From Nitrospirota bacterium (GTDB lineage: Bacteria > Nitrospirota > UBA9217): DNA of 64,000 nt. Shown here piece after piece: positions 50,507 through 63,622 of this stretch. The notes under the pieces were generated by a model. That model saw only the letters and a program-made list of their open reading frames with translations. It did not search any database and was not told the origin of the DNA. The stretch covers positions 228,589 to 292,588 of the forward strand of contig CAVVUN010000006.1 in the NCBI GenBank assembly GCA_963751455.1. The letters run 5' to 3'. Both the position numbers and the translations under genes were made by a program. The stretch's first letter is position 1. Each line of letters begins with the position of its first letter.

Positions 50507-52387
50507 TTATCCCTTCGTCCCCTGTATTATCCGCTCCACATCGGCCCTTTCAAGCACTTCTTCCTTCATCAATGCCTCCGCAAGCGCGTCAAGGGTCTGT
50601 CTTTTCCCGGTCAGTATTTCAGTTGCCCTTGATTCCGCAGCGATGATGATCTTCTGGATCTCCTGGTCCATGAGCCAGGCCATCTCCTCGCTGTAGCGCT
50701 TCGGCAGGGACAGCTCCCTGCCGAGGAACGGATGCTCTTCACCGCGGCCGAGATTGACCGGACCGACCTTGTCGCTCATTCCCCACTGCGCCACCATCTT
50801 CTCGGCAAGCGAGGTCGCGTCTTTCAAATCGTTCTGCGCGCCGCTGCTGATGTCGTTAAAGACGAGCTTTTCCGCGACCCGTCCCGCAAGATTGATGCTC
50901 AATCTGTTCATAAGGTAGGTGCGGGGATAATAATGCCGGTCTTCCCCGGGCAGGAGCTGCGTAACACCCATCGCCATCCCGCGGGGAATGATACTTACCT
51001 TATATATAGGATCGGCTCCGGGCATTTCCCATGCGGTGAGCGTATGTCCTGCCTCATGATAAGCTGTTATCCGCTTTTCCAGGTCGCTGATGGTCAACTC
51101 CTTCTTTGCTCCCATAAGGATACTGTCCTCGGCCTCCAGGAAGTCCCGCCGGTCTATCGTCTCTTTGTTCTTCCTCAAGGCGACCAAAGCGGCTTCGTTC
51201 GCGAGGTTCTCAAGGTCAGCGCCGGTCATGCCCGGGGTGCCCTTTGCCAGTGCTTCGAAATCTACATCAGGCGCCAGCTTCTTGCCCCTCACATGGATCT
51301 CCAGGATCGCCTTCCGTTCCTTCCAGCCCGGCCGGTCTATCACGATATGCCGGTCGAACCTTCCCGGCCGAAGAAGCGCGGGGTCCAGAACATCAGGCCT
51401 GTTGGTCGCAGCCATGACGATCACTTCTTCATGGGGAGCAAATCCGTCCAGTTCGCTCAAAAGCTGGTTCAGCGTCTGCTCCCGCTCATCGCTTCCGCCT
51501 CCGAGCCCCGCGCCGCGCGTACGCCCCACCGCGTCTATCTCGTCGATAAAAATAATGCTCGGCTGAGTTTCCTTGGCTTTCTTGAACATGTCCCTGACGC
51601 GCGAGGCGCCGACCCCTACGAACATTTCTATGAACTCGGAAGCGCTGATGCTGTAAAAAGGAACTGCGGCCTCCCCTGCTGTTGCGCGCGCAAAGAGGGT
51701 CTTTCCTGTTCCCGGAGGTCCGATCAGGAGCACGCCCTTCGGGACCTTTGCCCCGATCTTCTCGAACCGGGAGGGGTCTTTCAGAAACTCTATGGTCTCC
51801 CGCAGTTCCATCTTCACCGTGTCCATGCCCGCAACATCTTTAAAGGTCTTTTTCGGCTTTTTCGCATCAAACAATTTGGCTTTGCTTGCTCCGAAGGTAA
51901 AGAGGCCCCCCGGACCGCCCTGGATCTGCTGAGTCCTTTTCGTCATCAGGACCCAAAAACCGATGATCAGCACCCACGGCAGGAACCCGATCACCAGCTG
52001 CCAGAACAAGCTCTGTTCAGCGGGCTCGATGGTGATGATCACTTTCTTTTCCTTCAGCTGGGCCAGGAGTCCTTCGCCCTGGAAAGAAGGCAGGACAGTT
52101 GTGAAATATTTCACCTGGCTGGGCTTCTTTTCTCCCGGCACCGGGACACTCGCCTCTTTCACGAACTCCCCGGTTACCAGTTCCTTTTTTATGGAAACGG
52201 ATTTGATATTGCCTGCGCCGAGTTGCTCCATAAACTGGCTGTAGTTTATCGCAGTGCGTGCGGGAGCTTTGCCGGTGAAAAGTCCGCCCCATGCGTACAT
52301 AAATGCGGAAACAATCAATACTGTCGCAAGGTATCTCCAATAGATACCAGGGATACGGCCTCTTTTGTCTTTCTTGTCTTCAGCCAT
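50507..52387 (-). CDS. ftsH: ATP-dependent zinc metalloprotease FtsH
   Basis: Two TM helices, [32 protein letters not shown]. Confidence 0.96.
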   Translation of the reverse strand: MAEDKKDKRGRIPGIYWRYLATVLIVSAFMYAWGGLFTGKAPARTAINYSQFMEQLGAGNIKSVSIKKELVTGEFVKEASVPVPGEKKPSQVKYFTTVLPSFQGEGLLAQLKEKKVIITIEPAEQSLFWQLVIGFLPWVLIIGFWVLMTKRTQQIQGGPGGLFTFGASKAKLFDAKKPKKTFKDVAGMDTVKMELRETIEFLKDPSRFEKIGAKVPKGVLLIGPPGTGKTLFARATAGEAAVPFYSISASEFIEMFVGVGASRVRDMFKKAKETQPSIIFIDEIDAVGRTRGAGLGGGSDEREQTLNQLLSELDGFAPHEEVIVMAATNRPDVLDPALLRPGRFDRHIVIDRPGWKERKAILEIHVRGKKLAPDVDFEALAKGTPGMTGADLENLANEAALVALRKNKETIDRRDFLEAEDSILMGAKKELTISDLEKRITAYHEAGHTLTAWEMPGADPIYKVSIIPRGMAMGVTQLLPGEDRHYYPRTYLMNRLSINLAGRVAEKLVFNDISSGAQNDLKDATSLAEKMVAQWGMSDKVGPVNLGRGEEHPFLGRELSLPKRYSEEMAWLMDQEIQKIIIAAESRATEILTGKRQTLDALAEALMKEEVLERADVERIIQGTKG

Positions 52388-52776
52388 GATTTACCTGCTT
52401 TCATCCGTCAGAAGTGTTCTGTTTCTCCGTGTCTCGGTGCCTCCATGCCTGACCTTCATGCTGACCCATCATGAATTCAGTATAACACTATTATTCGATA
52501 CTATAGCAGTATTACCCGATACTCACGGGCGTCCCGATTCATAAAAACATAACTTCCACCTTTTCAGTTTATTTCTGCTACTATTTATATAGATGTTTTT
52601 TCAGCCGAATATTTACACTAAACAACCGGAGCATAATCAGGTCAGTCGGCGAGAACGTCAAGTCAAGATATCCACCCGCGCTGCAATTTATATCTTTTGT
52701 TTTCAAAAGACAACGGGATACTCGGCAATTTAACAATGCGTGTTCTTAAAACGCCATCGCCAAAAAGGGGGAACAA

Positions 52777-53244
52777 ATGAAGAGGGTACTTATTGCGGTA
52801 GACGGAACCATCGGCACGAAAAATATTTTTTCAACATGCGGGAATTTTTGCTCCTGCATGCGTCCTGACTTCATCGCGCTGGTCTACGTGGAAAAATTCG
52901 AGGGCAAATCACTCATCGATGAGATGCTTGGAGATGCGGAAATGGCGACCCTGCAAAACGTGTTGACAGGATCGGAATATCAGAAGGCGCTGGACAAAAA
53001 AGCGCGGACGGTCCTGAATCATTATCAGAAGGCCCTTGAGGACAAAGGCCTGACCGGCGTCAAGTCGATTATCAGAAAAGGGCATCCCGCTGAAGAGATT
53101 TTGAAGACAGCCAGGGAGGAGAAGGTGGATATGATAATAGTCGGCGCGCGGGGCAAAAGAACCTCGCACCTGTTCATGGGAAGCGTCAGCAGAGAAGTTG
53201 CGGACAATGCGAACATCCCCGTTCTCATCATGAAGCAGTCGTAA
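52777..53244 (+). CDS. Universal stress protein
   Basis: VLIAVDG, GHPAEEI, IIVGARG...GSVS...PVLI. Confidence 0.92.
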   Translation: MKRVLIAVDGTIGTKNIFSTCGNFCSCMRPDFIALVYVEKFEGKSLIDEMLGDAEMATLQNVLTGSEYQKALDKKARTVLNHYQKALEDKGLTGVKSIIRKGHPAEEILKTAREEKVDMIIVGARGKRTSHLFMGSVSREVADNANIPVLIMKQS

Positions 53245-53269
53245 ATGCCGGCGGTTCGACGAGATACTT

Positions 53270-53308
53270 AAAGAAAACACCATCCTCTAAGGGGAGGGTG
53301 TTTTCTTT
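53270..53308. terminator. Bidirectional terminator between convergent genes
   Basis: AAAGAAAACACC / GGTGTTTTCTTT arms. Confidence 0.75.
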
Positions 53309-53317
53309 CCCTGATTC

Positions 53318-54400
53318 CTATGTCCTGGCGTAAGCAATGCTGTCCTTTTGAAAATCCGCGATCATCCCCTCGGTTAATGACGGGCGAATCCTCGGAATCA
53401 TCTGCAAAAAAGTATCCGTAGTCACGGTGTAATCACGCTTGCTGGCATATTCCTCCTCGAAGGCGAATTGCGCGACCTGCTGGAACAGGTATTCGATGTC
53501 CGCCGGCGTAAATCGTGACGTCATGCTCACAATGCGTTCCAGATCGATCCCTTTTGTATTGAGCCTGGATATATAATATTCGAGAATAGTCCTTCTCCCG
53601 TCTTCATCCAGATCTCCGACAGGAATAATACAGTCAAACCTTCCGGGACGGAGCAATGCAGCGTCGAGTTGCCTGATATAGTTGGTCGCGCATACGAGCA
53701 GGATCTTATTCCCCTTATTCTTGAGGAGTGGGACCTGCTTCAGGAATTCGTTTGTAATGGACTTGTCTACCATGGTTGCATCATCCCGGCTGCCCGCAAT
53801 TTCATCAAACTCGTCGATGAAAATTACCGCGTCTTCCAAGGTTCTCGCTTTTTCCATGACAGCGTGCAGATTAGCGCCGAACTTCTCTATGCCGTCGGCC
53901 ATAAGCATGCTGGGCAGGATTTCAATATACCACCATGAAAGCACACCTGCTATTGCCTTCACAAAATGGGTCTTTCCGGTGCCGGGAGGTCCAAAAAAAA
54001 TGATCGTCTTCGGTGGAATGACTCCATGCTTTTTTGAAAGGCCGCCCTCGATCAAGGGAAGGATTATCCGCCTCTGGACCAGCTGCTTCGGCGGCTGGGA
54101 ATCTGAGATAGTGTCCCATATTTCCTTACCGAAGGCTTGAGCGCCCAGTTCGACCAGAACGTCCTTTCGCCGGTAGTCCAAATATTCCTTTACGGCCTGA
54201 TCCATATGTTCCAGGAAGTCGATGCCTGCAGCTCGTAATCCGACATCCCGGCCATGCTTCTCTGACATGAGCCATTTATGTTTCAGGATTTTCGGCCAGA
54301 GGGCGGCTGCTGCATCAGGTTCCAGTTGTGTGCCGCTGATCTCAAATATTTTTTGGGCGCAAACCTGCGCTGAGGGTGTCTTTTGTAATGGTTCAAGCAT
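53318..54400 (-). CDS. AAA+ ATPase with DUF4032-like N-terminal domain
   Basis: HKWLMSEKHGRDVGL; [26 protein letters not shown]. Confidence 0.82.
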   Translation of the reverse strand: MLEPLQKTPSAQVCAQKIFEISGTQLEPDAAAALWPKILKHKWLMSEKHGRDVGLRAAGIDFLEHMDQAVKEYLDYRRKDVLVELGAQAFGKEIWDTISDSQPPKQLVQRRIILPLIEGGLSKKHGVIPPKTIIFFGPPGTGKTHFVKAIAGVLSWWYIEILPSMLMADGIEKFGANLHAVMEKARTLEDAVIFIDEFDEIAGSRDDATMVDKSITNEFLKQVPLLKNKGNKILLVCATNYIRQLDAALLRPGRFDCIIPVGDLDEDGRRTILEYYISRLNTKGIDLERIVSMTSRFTPADIEYLFQQVAQFAFEEEYASKRDYTVTTDTFLQMIPRIRPSLTEGMIADFQKDSIAYART

Positions 54401-54480
54401 GTTGTCTCCTTTTCTGGTTGTGAGAAATATTCCTGCAGTCAATCCGGCATGCCTCAGACTAAGTAGGCATGATGAATTCA

Positions 54481-54625
54481 AAAACTAAAGGCGTCTCGCG
54501 CAAAGCCGCAAAGTCGCAAAGGGAATCTTTAAGTCATGATCTTGGTTTAAAAAAAGCAAATGATTTGGCTTTCTTTGCGGCTTTGCGCCTCAGTGTGGCC
54601 CTCTTTTTGGCCATTGCGCGAAAAT
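54481..54625. repeat. REP-like repeat, family A
   Basis: CGCAAAGCCGCAAAG...CTTTGCGGCTTTGCG inverted arms. Confidence 0.8.
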
Positions 54626-54679
54626 TGCTTTTATCTTTCATCCTGGTTCACCTCAAAATACTTTAACAGTTTTCACCCC

Positions 54680-57600
54680 TTACTTTTTATCCAAGACGGG
54701 CATCCTCACTTCGACCGCGTGCTCCTTACGGTCATCAACAAGAGAAATAGTCCTGCTGCTCTGCTCTACGCCATCGACAATCACGCTCGACGCGCTGTTG
54801 TCGCGCGTTTGCAGGACAGTGATATGATAGATTGTTTCCCGGTACCTGTAGTGCACCTTGAACGAAGCCCACTCCTTGGGCAGACACGTCTCAAAGCGCA
54901 GCTTATCCGTTTCAAGCCGCAGCCCCAGGAGCGATTCAACTATAAGCCGGTACATCCATCCGGCCGATCCCGTGTACCAGGTCCATCCGCCCCGCCCGAT
55001 GTGCGGCGGGACCGCATAGACATCGGCGGCGACAACATATGGTTCGCCTTTGTAGATCTGGATCTCTTCGGGCGAGCGCGCGTGGTTTATCGGATTGATC
55101 ATTGCGAGCAGCTCCCACGCACGGCTGCTGTCGCCCAAAGCGGCAAAAGCCATGGCACTCCAGATTGCCGCGTGAGTATACTGCCCGCCGTTTTCCCTTA
55201 CACCGGGCACGTATCCTTTGATATAGCCCGGATTCAAATCCGATTTGTCGAACGGCGGATCAAGGAGCTGGATCAGGCTGTGGTCCCGCCGGACAAGAAA
55301 CTTATCCACTGCTTCCATTGCGGTACGTGAACGTTCCGCATCTCCCGCGCCGGAGAGAACAGACCAGCTTTGCGCGATCGAATCGATACTGCATTCGGGA
55401 TTGCTTACGGAACCCAGCGAAGAACCGTCGTCAAAGAAAGCGCGGCAATACCATTCGCCGTCCCAGCCGTGCTCCTCGATATTTCGGCGCAAACGTGCGG
55501 CTTCCTCCTGGCAGCGTTCGGCGAATAAAGGATCGCCATGCAGCCGCGCGAGCTCCGAGAACCGCACAAGCACTTCATACAGGAAAAACGCGAGCCAGAC
55601 GCTTTCTCCCTTGCCGTGCAGGCCGACCAGGTTCATGCCGTCGTTCCAGTCGCCCGAGCCCATGAGCGGCAGGCCGTGCTCACCGCTGCTGAGGCCCTTC
55701 AGAATGGCCCGCACACAGTGCTCGTACAGGGTTGCCGTTTCCTCCGACGCACGGGGAAGATCGTAATAAGAGTCCTCGTCCGGGTTTATCGGGCGGCCCT
55801 CGATGAAACGGACGGTTTCATCCAGCACACCGGTGTCTCCGCTCATGAGAACGTATCGGCACACGGCCAGGGGCATCCAGAGAAAATCATCAGAACAGCG
55901 CGTACGCACACCGCGTCCTGTCGGGGGATGCCACCAATGCTGGACATCTCCCTCCCTGAACTGATGTGCCGCGCAGAGGAGGAGGTGCTCGCGCACGAGC
56001 CGCGGCTCGGAATGGATGAGCGCCATTGTGTCCTGCAGCTGGTCGCGGAAACCGAATGCGCCCCCGGACTGGTAGTATCCGCTCCGCGCCCACAGGCGGC
56101 ATGCCAGAGTCTGGTAGAGAAGCCAGCCGTTGGCCAGCATGTTAACGGATTGGTCGGGCGTTTCCACCTGCACCGCGCCCAGGGTCCGGTTCCAGTACTC
56201 CCAAACCTTTTCGAGCGCCGCGCGAGCGGCAGCGGATCCCCGGAACCGGCGGACCAGGTTGCCTGCTTCATCGGGGTTCTTCCCTGCACCAAGCCTGAAG
56301 ATGATCTCCCGCTCCTGCCCGTCCTCCAGATCGAAGGGAACCTGGATTGCGGCGCAGGGATCGAGACCCGCCCCTACCCTTCCGGATAGCCGCGCACGCG
56401 TCATCGCTGCCGGTTTTCCAAGCCCTTTGTTTCGTCCGATAAACTCGGTCCGGTCGCCGGTTACGGTCCGGGTCGCCTCACCGGTGTCAAAGAAGGCTGT
56501 CCGTCCGGCGAACTCAGGGTTATACGGGTTCCGCGCGAAGATTGCGCCGGTTTTGGGGTCGATTTCGGTGGTCACCTGCATTGCCGTTTTCGGCCGCAGA
56601 TCACCCAGCACCCATTCCACGTACCCGGTTGCCGAGAGCCGGCGCGGACGGCCTGATCTGTTTTTAACCTTCAATACAGTAAATTTGATCGAGGCATCAG
56701 TTGCAACGTAAACCCAGACCTCCGAGCCGATTCCGTCCTCCTCGTGTTCAAAGACGCTGTAACCGAATCCATGGCGCGTGACGTAATGCATCGCTCCGCG
56801 GGCAGGTAACGGCGTTGGTGACCAGAAGTGGCCGTTGTCTTCATCGCGGAGGTAGAAAGTTTCTCCCCCGGAATCGCTCACGGGATCGTTGTTCCACGGA
56901 GTGAGCCGGAACTCGTGCGCATTGTCGCTCCAGGTGTACGCAGCTCCGCTCTCTGAAACAATTGTTCCGAAATGCGGATTTGCAATCACATTCACCCAGG
57001 GCGCCGGAGTCTTCTGCCCCGCTGCGGTCGTAATGATGTACTCGCGGCCGTCAGGCGTGAAGCCTCCGAGCCCGTTAAAGAACAGCAGGTCCTTTCGGGC
57101 TATTGCTGCGGCATTCGCGGATTCAATGATGTGTCTCCGGGTTGGTACGAGGGGCGGCGCCGGAGCTGCTGTCAGGGGGCGGCGGCTTGCTTGGTCTGCA
57201 AGCGGGCCGAGGGTGTCGGTGATGATTGCGCGGGCGACTGTTTGCAGCAGAATGCGGTCCTCTTTCGATATCTGGTCCCCCGGTCTTACGAAAATGCCGC
57301 CCGGCCGTTCCGTTACGTTCGCTTCAACGCCTGCCGCAATAAGCCCGGTGATCTGTTCCTGCAAAAGCTGCCGGTAGCCGGCGTGATCTTCATTCCAGAT
57401 AACGAGGTCGACTGCCAGTCCCTTGAGACGCCAGTACGCGTGGGCTTGTACGAGCTTGCGCACCAGGTCGAGATTCGCCGGATCTTCAATCCGCAGCAGC
57501 ACGATCGGCAGATCCCCGGAAATGGAGTAGCCCCAAAGACCGGACTGCCCGCGGTGGTTCTTCAGTATGACGCCCGGGTCGGCGCGCAGGGATGAATTGG

Positions 57601-60600
57601 CGTAGAGAATGGAGCCGGCTAGGCGTCCATAGAGCTGCGCATCGGCTTCCGTGGCATTGATCTGACGCAGGAGTACCTGACTGTGCGTCCACGCGAGATC
57701 GAAAACGCGGTCAGCAAGCCGCCGGTCCTGATATTTTTCGACAAGGCCCATACAGATGTCCCGGGTCTCGCCGATGCCGGTCACGATATTGATTGTTGCC
57801 GGTTTGTCAGGATCAAGGGTTATCCGATACCGCACAGCGACTATCGGGTCGAGCACCGAGCCCCTGCTGCCTGACAGCGGCCCGGGTCGGTCCATTGCCT
57901 GTGGATCGGCCGCGGTCCTGCCCCGGCCGATGAACTGCATGCGGTCTGTCTCATAGGAAACGTTGCTGATCTCCGTTCCGTGGGCAGCCATCAGGTGGAA
58001 CATCCAGGGCGCCTGTTCTTCCCGGGAGCGGGGCCGGCGGGTGCAGAGGATCGCCTGCCGGTGTTCGACGATCTCGGTCTGAACAAAGAGATTACTGAAC
58101 GCCAGGTGCAGCGCGTCCGAGGCAGTCGGCGCAAGGACGACTTCCGCGTAGCTGGTGACTTCGATCGTTCTGCGTGTCCGGCTGCGGTTGGTGAGCGTGA
58201 TCCTGCGAAGCTCTATATCATCCTCAGGCGAGACAGCGATCTCGGTATGGGTATCGATATCATGGTCGCGGCGGCGAAATTCGGCGCGGCCTTCCGAGAA
58301 GATCGCTTCATAATTTTGCGAGCGTCTGAGTACCGGCTGATGTGCCGTTGACCAGAACTCCCCGCTAACAGCGTCGCGGATGTAACAGAACTCGCCCGCG
58401 CTGTCACGGGTGCTGTCTTCCTGCCAGCGCGTGACCGCGATGTCCTTCCAGCGGCTGTACCCGCCGCCTGCGTTCGTGATCATCACATGGAATCTGCCGT
58501 TCGAGAGCAGCTGCACCTGTGCAGACAACGTGTCCGGGGTCGTGAAAACGCGCACGGACGCCTCAGCGCCGGGTGAAGCTGTATACGACTCGGGACGTTC
58601 CGCAATCTGCGAATAGAATGCCGTGGCCCTCGGCACCCGCTCCTGGAGCAAAAGTGTGGTCGCCTGGAACAAGGGATCGGACTCGAAGCGTTTCTGCATC
58701 GGGCGGTTCAAAAGCAGATGGGCAAACGAGAGGAAGGTCATGCCAACGTGATGAGCCATGAACGACCTCACCACGGCGCTCGCTTGTTTTCTCGGGAGGC
58801 GGGAGGGAGTGTAATCGATCGCTTCATAGAGGCCGAATTTTCCCTCAAACCCTTCCGCAGCAAGCCGCTGCAGATTCACGCAGGCCTCCTCGGGGGCCAC
58901 CATAAGAGCAAGGGCCGAGGCATAGGGCGCAATGACAAGATCGTCCGCAAGCCCGCGTTTGAGTCCAAGGCCCGGTACGCCGAAGGCGCGGTACTGGTAA
59001 TTGAGATGAGCGTCGATCGTGTTATACCCGGATTCCGAAATGCCCCAGGCGACGCCGCGTTTTCTTCCGTACTCGATCTGCCTCGTCACCGCAGCCTTGC
59101 AGGTCTCATCGAGGAGCGTCCGTTCATACGTCGGCATTACCAGGAGAGGCATGAGGTACTCGAACATCGAGCCGCTCCAGGAAACAAGGATCGGCTCTCC
59201 GCCCACGTTCGTGAGCAGGCGGCCCAGGGCAAACCAGCTCTCCTGCGGCAATTCTCCCTGAGCGATCCCTACAAAACTGCAGAGTCTCGCTTCCGAGGCC
59301 AGAAGATCGTAATAACTCGGGTCCCGCCTGCGGCCGTCGACGTTGTATCCGATGGCAAGTAAATGACTCGGCTTGTCGAACAGGAAGTCATATTCCATGC
59401 TGCTCATTTCGCCTGTCTGCAATACGAGCCTTTCAATAGCCAGGAGCCTCTCTGCAGCAGTATCGTTTCCCGATCTGGCGGAATCGCGCAAAGTCGGGAT
59501 CTCATTAGTGCTGCGATCGGACATCGGAGCGAGGAGGGTCAGTTCGTCAAGCGCTGCCCTGCACTGTGCGGCAAAGGCACGCGCCCATACTCCTGCCTGG
59601 CTCTCCGGAGGGATGCCGGAGCCGGCAATGAGTGAAGGCAGTCCCTCTGCGGACGTTGTCAATTGAGCAAGGCAGGACCGCGCAGCCGCGAGCGTGATCG
59701 GCGGAGAAACGTGTGCGGAGCTCAGGTCATTCCGAACTTTTGCGAGTTCCCCTGAGTCAAGAACACTTGAACCGCGAAGGCGTGAAGGTCGCGAAGGTTT
59801 TTGAAGATCTTTGTTGATTGAGGTTTCCTTTGCGTCCCTTGCGTCTTCGCGGTAAATATTTTCTCCAGTTAATTCTTCAGATTTAAGAACATCCACGAGG
59901 ACCTGAAGGGTATCGCTCAAACCATTGAACAATCTCCCATGCAATATCTTTTGATCAGGCAGCGCAAGCAGACCCTGCCGCAAGGTGAGCAGATGGGCCG
60001 CGAGGTTCCCGCTGTCCACAGTAGATACATATCTGGGCGACAGCGGCTTCAACGATTGAGTGTCGTACCAGTTGAAGAAGTGGCCCCGGTATCGCGCCAG
60101 GGCTTGCATCGTAGAGAGCGCATTCGTCGTACGTTCGATGAGTTGCCCCGTTGAAATGTAGCCGAAGTCAAGGGCGGATAAATTGGCCAGCAGCGCGAGC
60201 CCCATGTTCGTTGGGGATGTGCGATGAGCGACAACAGGCTCAGGATTCTCCTGATAGTTATCAGGCGGCAGCCAGTTGTCCTCCGGACCGACGAAGGTCT
60301 CGAAGAAAGCCCAGGTTTTTCGGGAAAGCTTCCGGAGAAAAACGGTCTGGCCGGCTGTCAACCTTGCATCACGAGGGGCAAGCGGCCGGCTGATCCACCA
60401 TGAGATAAGAGGTGAACAAAACCAGAGCAGCAATATGGGCAATGCTGCTCCCAATGCAGAAGGGCTCAATAGCGCCAGGTAGACGAACGTGAGGACGCTC
60501 AGAAAGGGGGCAAACCACATGGTCCGCCAGGCCGAAGCGAGGCTTGTTTCTTTTTTTCGATCCGGGTCGTTTGACGGGCTCCATTCGAGAAGCCGCTTGT

Positions 60601-63496
60601 GTGCGAACAGCATTCTCCAACCTGTGCGCAAAATCGCATCCAGGCTGAAAATAGCCTCATAGGGAAGGTACGCAATAGTAAATAGATCGTGAGCAAAGCG
60701 CTTCCCCTGCGAGAAGGCTGCGGAAGCGAGATGCTGCCTGGGAAGCACATCGTCCGGCTTTCGAAATAGATCCAGAAAAGAAGACAACAAAGAAGGAACA
60801 AAAACGATCCCGATCACTGACAGGCTCCAGAACCAGGGCGATGACAAAACCGTCCATCCGAGCAATAAGAGGAGCGTCAATGCCGACGGTACGAGACTGC
60901 GCCGAAGGTTGTCGAAGAGCTTCCATTGGGACAGCAGCGAGAGGGGGTTCTTCAGGCGCTGTCCGTCGGGCCCGGGGACAACCGACCGCAGCCACGGCAG
61001 AAGCTGCCAATCGCCGCGGATCCACCGATGTCGACGGCTCACGTCTGCGCTGTAGCGGGACGGATATTCCTCGAACACTATTACGTCGCTCAGCAGTCCG
61101 GCCCGCGCGTAACATCCTTCGATAAGATCGTGGCTCAGGATCCGGTTCTCGGGGAAGCGGCGCCGGAGCGCCCGCTCGAACGCGTCGACTTCGTAGATTC
61201 CCTTGCCGATAAAGGAGCCTTCAAGGAAGAGGTCCTGGTAAACATCCGAGACAGCGCGCGTATAGGGATCGATGCCCGGATCGCTCCCGTACAGGCGGGC
61301 ATACCGCGACCGGTTTGTGCCCGGCAGGCTTACAGCGACCCGAGGCTGAAGAATGCCGTACCCGGCTACCACGCGCTCTTTGCCTTCGTCGTAAAGCGCT
61401 CGGTTCAGAGGATGCGCCATGGCTCCCACAAGCTGTTGTGCCGAATCGCGCGGCAGTTGGGTATCCGTGTCAAGGGTGATCACGTACTTTACGTTCAACA
61501 GCACTGCAGTATTGCCCACGACGAGGGAGAAACCGTTCGCGGAGATACCAGCACCCTCCCCTTCATCCCCTCCCATGAAGGGAGGGGAAACCTTACGACC
61601 CACTCCCCTTTGGGGAGAGGGCGGGGGTGATGGGGAAGCCCCGCTGCGCAGGAAGGAATTCAATTCCGCAAGTTTTCCCCGCTTGCGCTCATAACCCATC
61701 CAGACGCGCTCCCTGGGATTCCACTGGCGAGGGCGGTGGAAAAGAAAGAAAGTATCGCTCTTTGCATTCCCGTACTTCTCGTTCAGCTCCGCGATTCTCT
61801 GTTGGACGAGCAGTAACAGCGGTTCATCCTCCGGCAGCTTTTCCTTTGCCGCGTCGGGAAAATCAGTCAGCAGTCCGAAGTGCAGGTTACCATCGCGATT
61901 TGCCAGGAACCTGACTTCCAGCGCTTCGACCAGGTTCTCGATGTTCCGGGCGCTGTTGAGCATGGTCGGGATAATGGCCAGGGTCCGCGATTCAGGCGGA
62001 ATCCCCTTGGCGAAGTCCATTCGCGGCAGCGAATGAGGCGCTTTGAGGAAGGCAGCAAGCCAGTTCACGATGCCGATTGCCAACTGACTCGAACCCAGCA
62101 ATAAGAGAACAGTCGTTAACAGGACCAGCCAAAGAGGTAAGCCGTTCGGCTTCGCCATCAAGCCGCCGGTGTAAATCGCCGTGAGCAGCATGATCGTGCC
62201 GAGATAGAGGAATAAGGGAAACCGGCCGCTCGCCTTTCGAAGCGACTCGGTGACGGACAACCGGACTCCCGCCAGGTGTTCAAGCTGTGCGAGTCCCTTG
62301 TCGATTAGATAGTAGCCTACATGTGCTGTACGATTGTCTCCGCCGGGAGTGTCGCCTTTTCGGGCCGCGCTCTCGCGCGCGATCCGGACTGCCTCCGCTG
62401 CCACCTCCCCTTCCGACAGCCGGCCGCTCTTCGCAATCCTCTCCACTACATGACGGTAACGGTCACGCGTAGAAAAGTCCATTTTGTCGTAGGTACCGTG
62501 AGGGTCCTCATGCAAGGTCTGCTCGACAATGCTCATGGTCTCGACGAACTCTCGCCAGTCCATCGCGCCCAGGAAGCGGAGGCTGCCGATGCTGTTGCTC
62601 ATCGAGACCTGATCAGCCGCCTGCTGCTGGTTCTCCGACTGCACCAACTGATCGATCGTCATGCTGCACTCGGAGAGATGCTGCTCAAGCCACGTGAGCG
62701 GCATTGCCAGGACAGGGCCCTGCCCCTGAAGGCGGCGGGCAAATTCCGCAACAAAAGCGCTTTTGAGCGGAGGGTTTGAGCGTGCCATGTCCGCAATGAC
62801 CAGAACCAGACTCTTCGGATCCTTTGCGGCAACCTCGCTGATGCGGTCCGCCCAATAGCCGGCGAGGTTTCGGCCCGTCCTGTCGGCAGCCATCCGCGCG
62901 CCGACGCGCCGGAGATTCTCGATCAACGCCAGGCGCAGCATGATGGGGATTGCCCATAATTCTCCCAGCTTCAGGACGGTGACTTTCTGATAGGCCGCAA
63001 GGAAACTGCTGAGACTTTCAGGGTCCACGCGCCCGTCTCCGTGCGAAATCGTTTCCAGGGCGATGTCATACACGCGCGGAAGTCCTTCAGATGGTCCATT
63101 CAGCAGGCGGGGGAGCTCGCGACTGTAGCCCTTTGGCAAATGTCTTCTTGCGGTACGGATCTGTTCTTCGATCAGATAAAAGTTGTCGAGCAGCCATTCA
63201 GCCGCCGGCGTAATCCTGAGGTCAGTCTTAACCGCGTCTACCAGCAGGCTGCGGGTCCGGGTCAGGATGGCTTCATTCTCAGCCAACCGGGCCAGAAGCA
63301 GGTCACGAGCGTGTCCAGGGGAGAGCGTGTGCAGACCCGCCAGGGTCTTGCCATGCTGCTCCATCTGGTCGCTGCTGAACAATTCCGATCGCAGCGGCGG
63401 CTCGTACACGGCGCACTTTGCTTCAAGATCTATTCCCTGAAAGAGCGCCAGCACATCGGGCAGGTTTTCGAGAATGGCCTTGTTGCTCAACTTCAA
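54680..63496 (-). CDS. ndvB: Cyclic beta-1,2-glucan synthase (GT84 + GH94 phosphorylase)
   Basis: 2938 aa; [79 protein letters not shown]. Confidence 0.95.
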   Translation of the reverse strand: MKLSNKAILENLPDVLALFQGIDLEAKCAVYEPPLRSELFSSDQMEQHGKTLAGLHTLSPGHARDLLLARLAENEAILTRTRSLLVDAVKTDLRITPAAEWLLDNFYLIEEQIRTARRHLPKGYSRELPRLLNGPSEGLPRVYDIALETISHGDGRVDPESLSSFLAAYQKVTVLKLGELWAIPIMLRLALIENLRRVGARMAADRTGRNLAGYWADRISEVAAKDPKSLVLVIADMARSNPPLKSAFVAEFARRLQGQGPVLAMPLTWLEQHLSECSMTIDQLVQSENQQQAADQVSMSNSIGSLRFLGAMDWREFVETMSIVEQTLHEDPHGTYDKMDFSTRDRYRHVVERIAKSGRLSEGEVAAEAVRIARESAARKGDTPGGDNRTAHVGYYLIDKGLAQLEHLAGVRLSVTESLRKASGRFPLFLYLGTIMLLTAIYTGGLMAKPNGLPLWLVLLTTVLLLLGSSQLAIGIVNWLAAFLKAPHSLPRMDFAKGIPPESRTLAIIPTMLNSARNIENLVEALEVRFLANRDGNLHFGLLTDFPDAAKEKLPEDEPLLLLVQQRIAELNEKYGNAKSDTFFLFHRPRQWNPRERVWMGYERKRGKLAELNSFLRSGASPSPPPSPQRGVGRKVSPPFMGGDEGEGAGISANGFSLVVGNTAVLLNVKYVITLDTDTQLPRDSAQQLVGAMAHPLNRALYDEGKERVVAGYGILQPRVAVSLPGTNRSRYARLYGSDPGIDPYTRAVSDVYQDLFLEGSFIGKGIYEVDAFERALRRRFPENRILSHDLIEGCYARAGLLSDVIVFEEYPSRYSADVSRRHRWIRGDWQLLPWLRSVVPGPDGQRLKNPLSLLSQWKLFDNLRRSLVPSALTLLLLLGWTVLSSPWFWSLSVIGIVFVPSLLSSFLDLFRKPDDVLPRQHLASAAFSQGKRFAHDLFTIAYLPYEAIFSLDAILRTGWRMLFAHKRLLEWSPSNDPDRKKETSLASAWRTMWFAPFLSVLTFVYLALLSPSALGAALPILLLWFCSPLISWWISRPLAPRDARLTAGQTVFLRKLSRKTWAFFETFVGPEDNWLPPDNYQENPEPVVAHRTSPTNMGLALLANLSALDFGYISTGQLIERTTNALSTMQALARYRGHFFNWYDTQSLKPLSPRYVSTVDSGNLAAHLLTLRQGLLALPDQKILHGRLFNGLSDTLQVLVDVLKSEELTGENIYREDARDAKETSINKDLQKPSRPSRLRGSSVLDSGELAKVRNDLSSAHVSPPITLAAARSCLAQLTTSAEGLPSLIAGSGIPPESQAGVWARAFAAQCRAALDELTLLAPMSDRSTNEIPTLRDSARSGNDTAAERLLAIERLVLQTGEMSSMEYDFLFDKPSHLLAIGYNVDGRRRDPSYYDLLASEARLCSFVGIAQGELPQESWFALGRLLTNVGGEPILVSWSGSMFEYLMPLLVMPTYERTLLDETCKAAVTRQIEYGRKRGVAWGISESGYNTIDAHLNYQYRAFGVPGLGLKRGLADDLVIAPYASALALMVAPEEACVNLQRLAAEGFEGKFGLYEAIDYTPSRLPRKQASAVVRSFMAHHVGMTFLSFAHLLLNRPMQKRFESDPLFQATTLLLQERVPRATAFYSQIAERPESYTASPGAEASVRVFTTPDTLSAQVQLLSNGRFHVMITNAGGGYSRWKDIAVTRWQEDSTRDSAGEFCYIRDAVSGEFWSTAHQPVLRRSQNYEAIFSEGRAEFRRRDHDIDTHTEIAVSPEDDIELRRITLTNRSRTRRTIEVTSYAEVVLAPTASDALHLAFSNLFVQTEIVEHRQAILCTRRPRSREEQAPWMFHLMAAHGTEISNVSYETDRMQFIGRGRTAADPQAMDRPGPLSGSRGSVLDPIVAVRYRITLDPDKPATINIVTGIGETRDICMGLVEKYQDRRLADRVFDLAWTHSQVLLRQINATEADAQLYGRLAGSILYANSSLRADPGVILKNHRGQSGLWGYSISGDLPIVLLRIEDPANLDLVRKLVQAHAYWRLKGLAVDLVIWNEDHAGYRQLLQEQITGLIAAGVEANVTERPGGIFVRPGDQISKEDRILLQTVARAIITDTLGPLADQASRRPLTAAPAPPLVPTRRHIIESANAAAIARKDLLFFNGLGGFTPDGREYIITTAAGQKTPAPWVNVIANPHFGTIVSESGAAYTWSDNAHEFRLTPWNNDPVSDSGGETFYLRDEDNGHFWSPTPLPARGAMHYVTRHGFGYSVFEHEEDGIGSEVWVYVATDASIKFTVLKVKNRSGRPRRLSATGYVEWVLGDLRPKTAMQVTTEIDPKTGAIFARNPYNPEFAGRTAFFDTGEATRTVTGDRTEFIGRNKGLGKPAAMTRARLSGRVGAGLDPCAAIQVPFDLEDGQEREIIFRLGAGKNPDEAGNLVRRFRGSAAARAALEKVWEYWNRTLGAVQVETPDQSVNMLANGWLLYQTLACRLWARSGYYQSGGAFGFRDQLQDTMALIHSEPRLVREHLLLCAAHQFREGDVQHWWHPPTGRGVRTRCSDDFLWMPLAVCRYVLMSGDTGVLDETVRFIEGRPINPDEDSYYDLPRASEETATLYEHCVRAILKGLSSGEHGLPLMGSGDWNDGMNLVGLHGKGESVWLAFFLYEVLVRFSELARLHGDPLFAERCQEEAARLRRNIEEHGWDGEWYCRAFFDDGSSLGSVSNPECSIDSIAQSWSVLSGAGDAERSRTAMEAVDKFLVRRDHSLIQLLDPPFDKSDLNPGYIKGYVPGVRENGGQYTHAAIWSAMAFAALGDSSRAWELLAMINPINHARSPEEIQIYKGEPYVVAADVYAVPPHIGRGGWTWYTGSAGWMYRLIVESLLGLRLETDKLRFETCLPKEWASFKVHYRYRETIYHITVLQTRDNSASSVIVDGVEQSSRTISLVDDRKEHAVEVRMPVLDKK

Positions 63497-63524
63497 TTAA
63501 TATTCTCCTTAGGGGCAACAAAAA

Positions 63525-63622
63525 TTTCTCGCAAAGAAGCCAAGACTTCGGCGTGAGCTCAGTCGAACGCTCGCAAAGAAAAGCTTAAGACAATTCCTGG
63601 TTTAAAACCTTTGCGTCCTTCT
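63525..63622. repeat. Family A repeat with nested family G insert
   Basis: CGCAAAGAAGCCAA[GACTTCGGCGTGAGCTCAGTCGAAC]GCTCGCAAAG. Confidence 0.7.

Noticed and set aside
50732-52474. 580-aa plus-strand ORF
   Set aside because: Antisense shadow of ftsH; no motifs; explained by codon bias.
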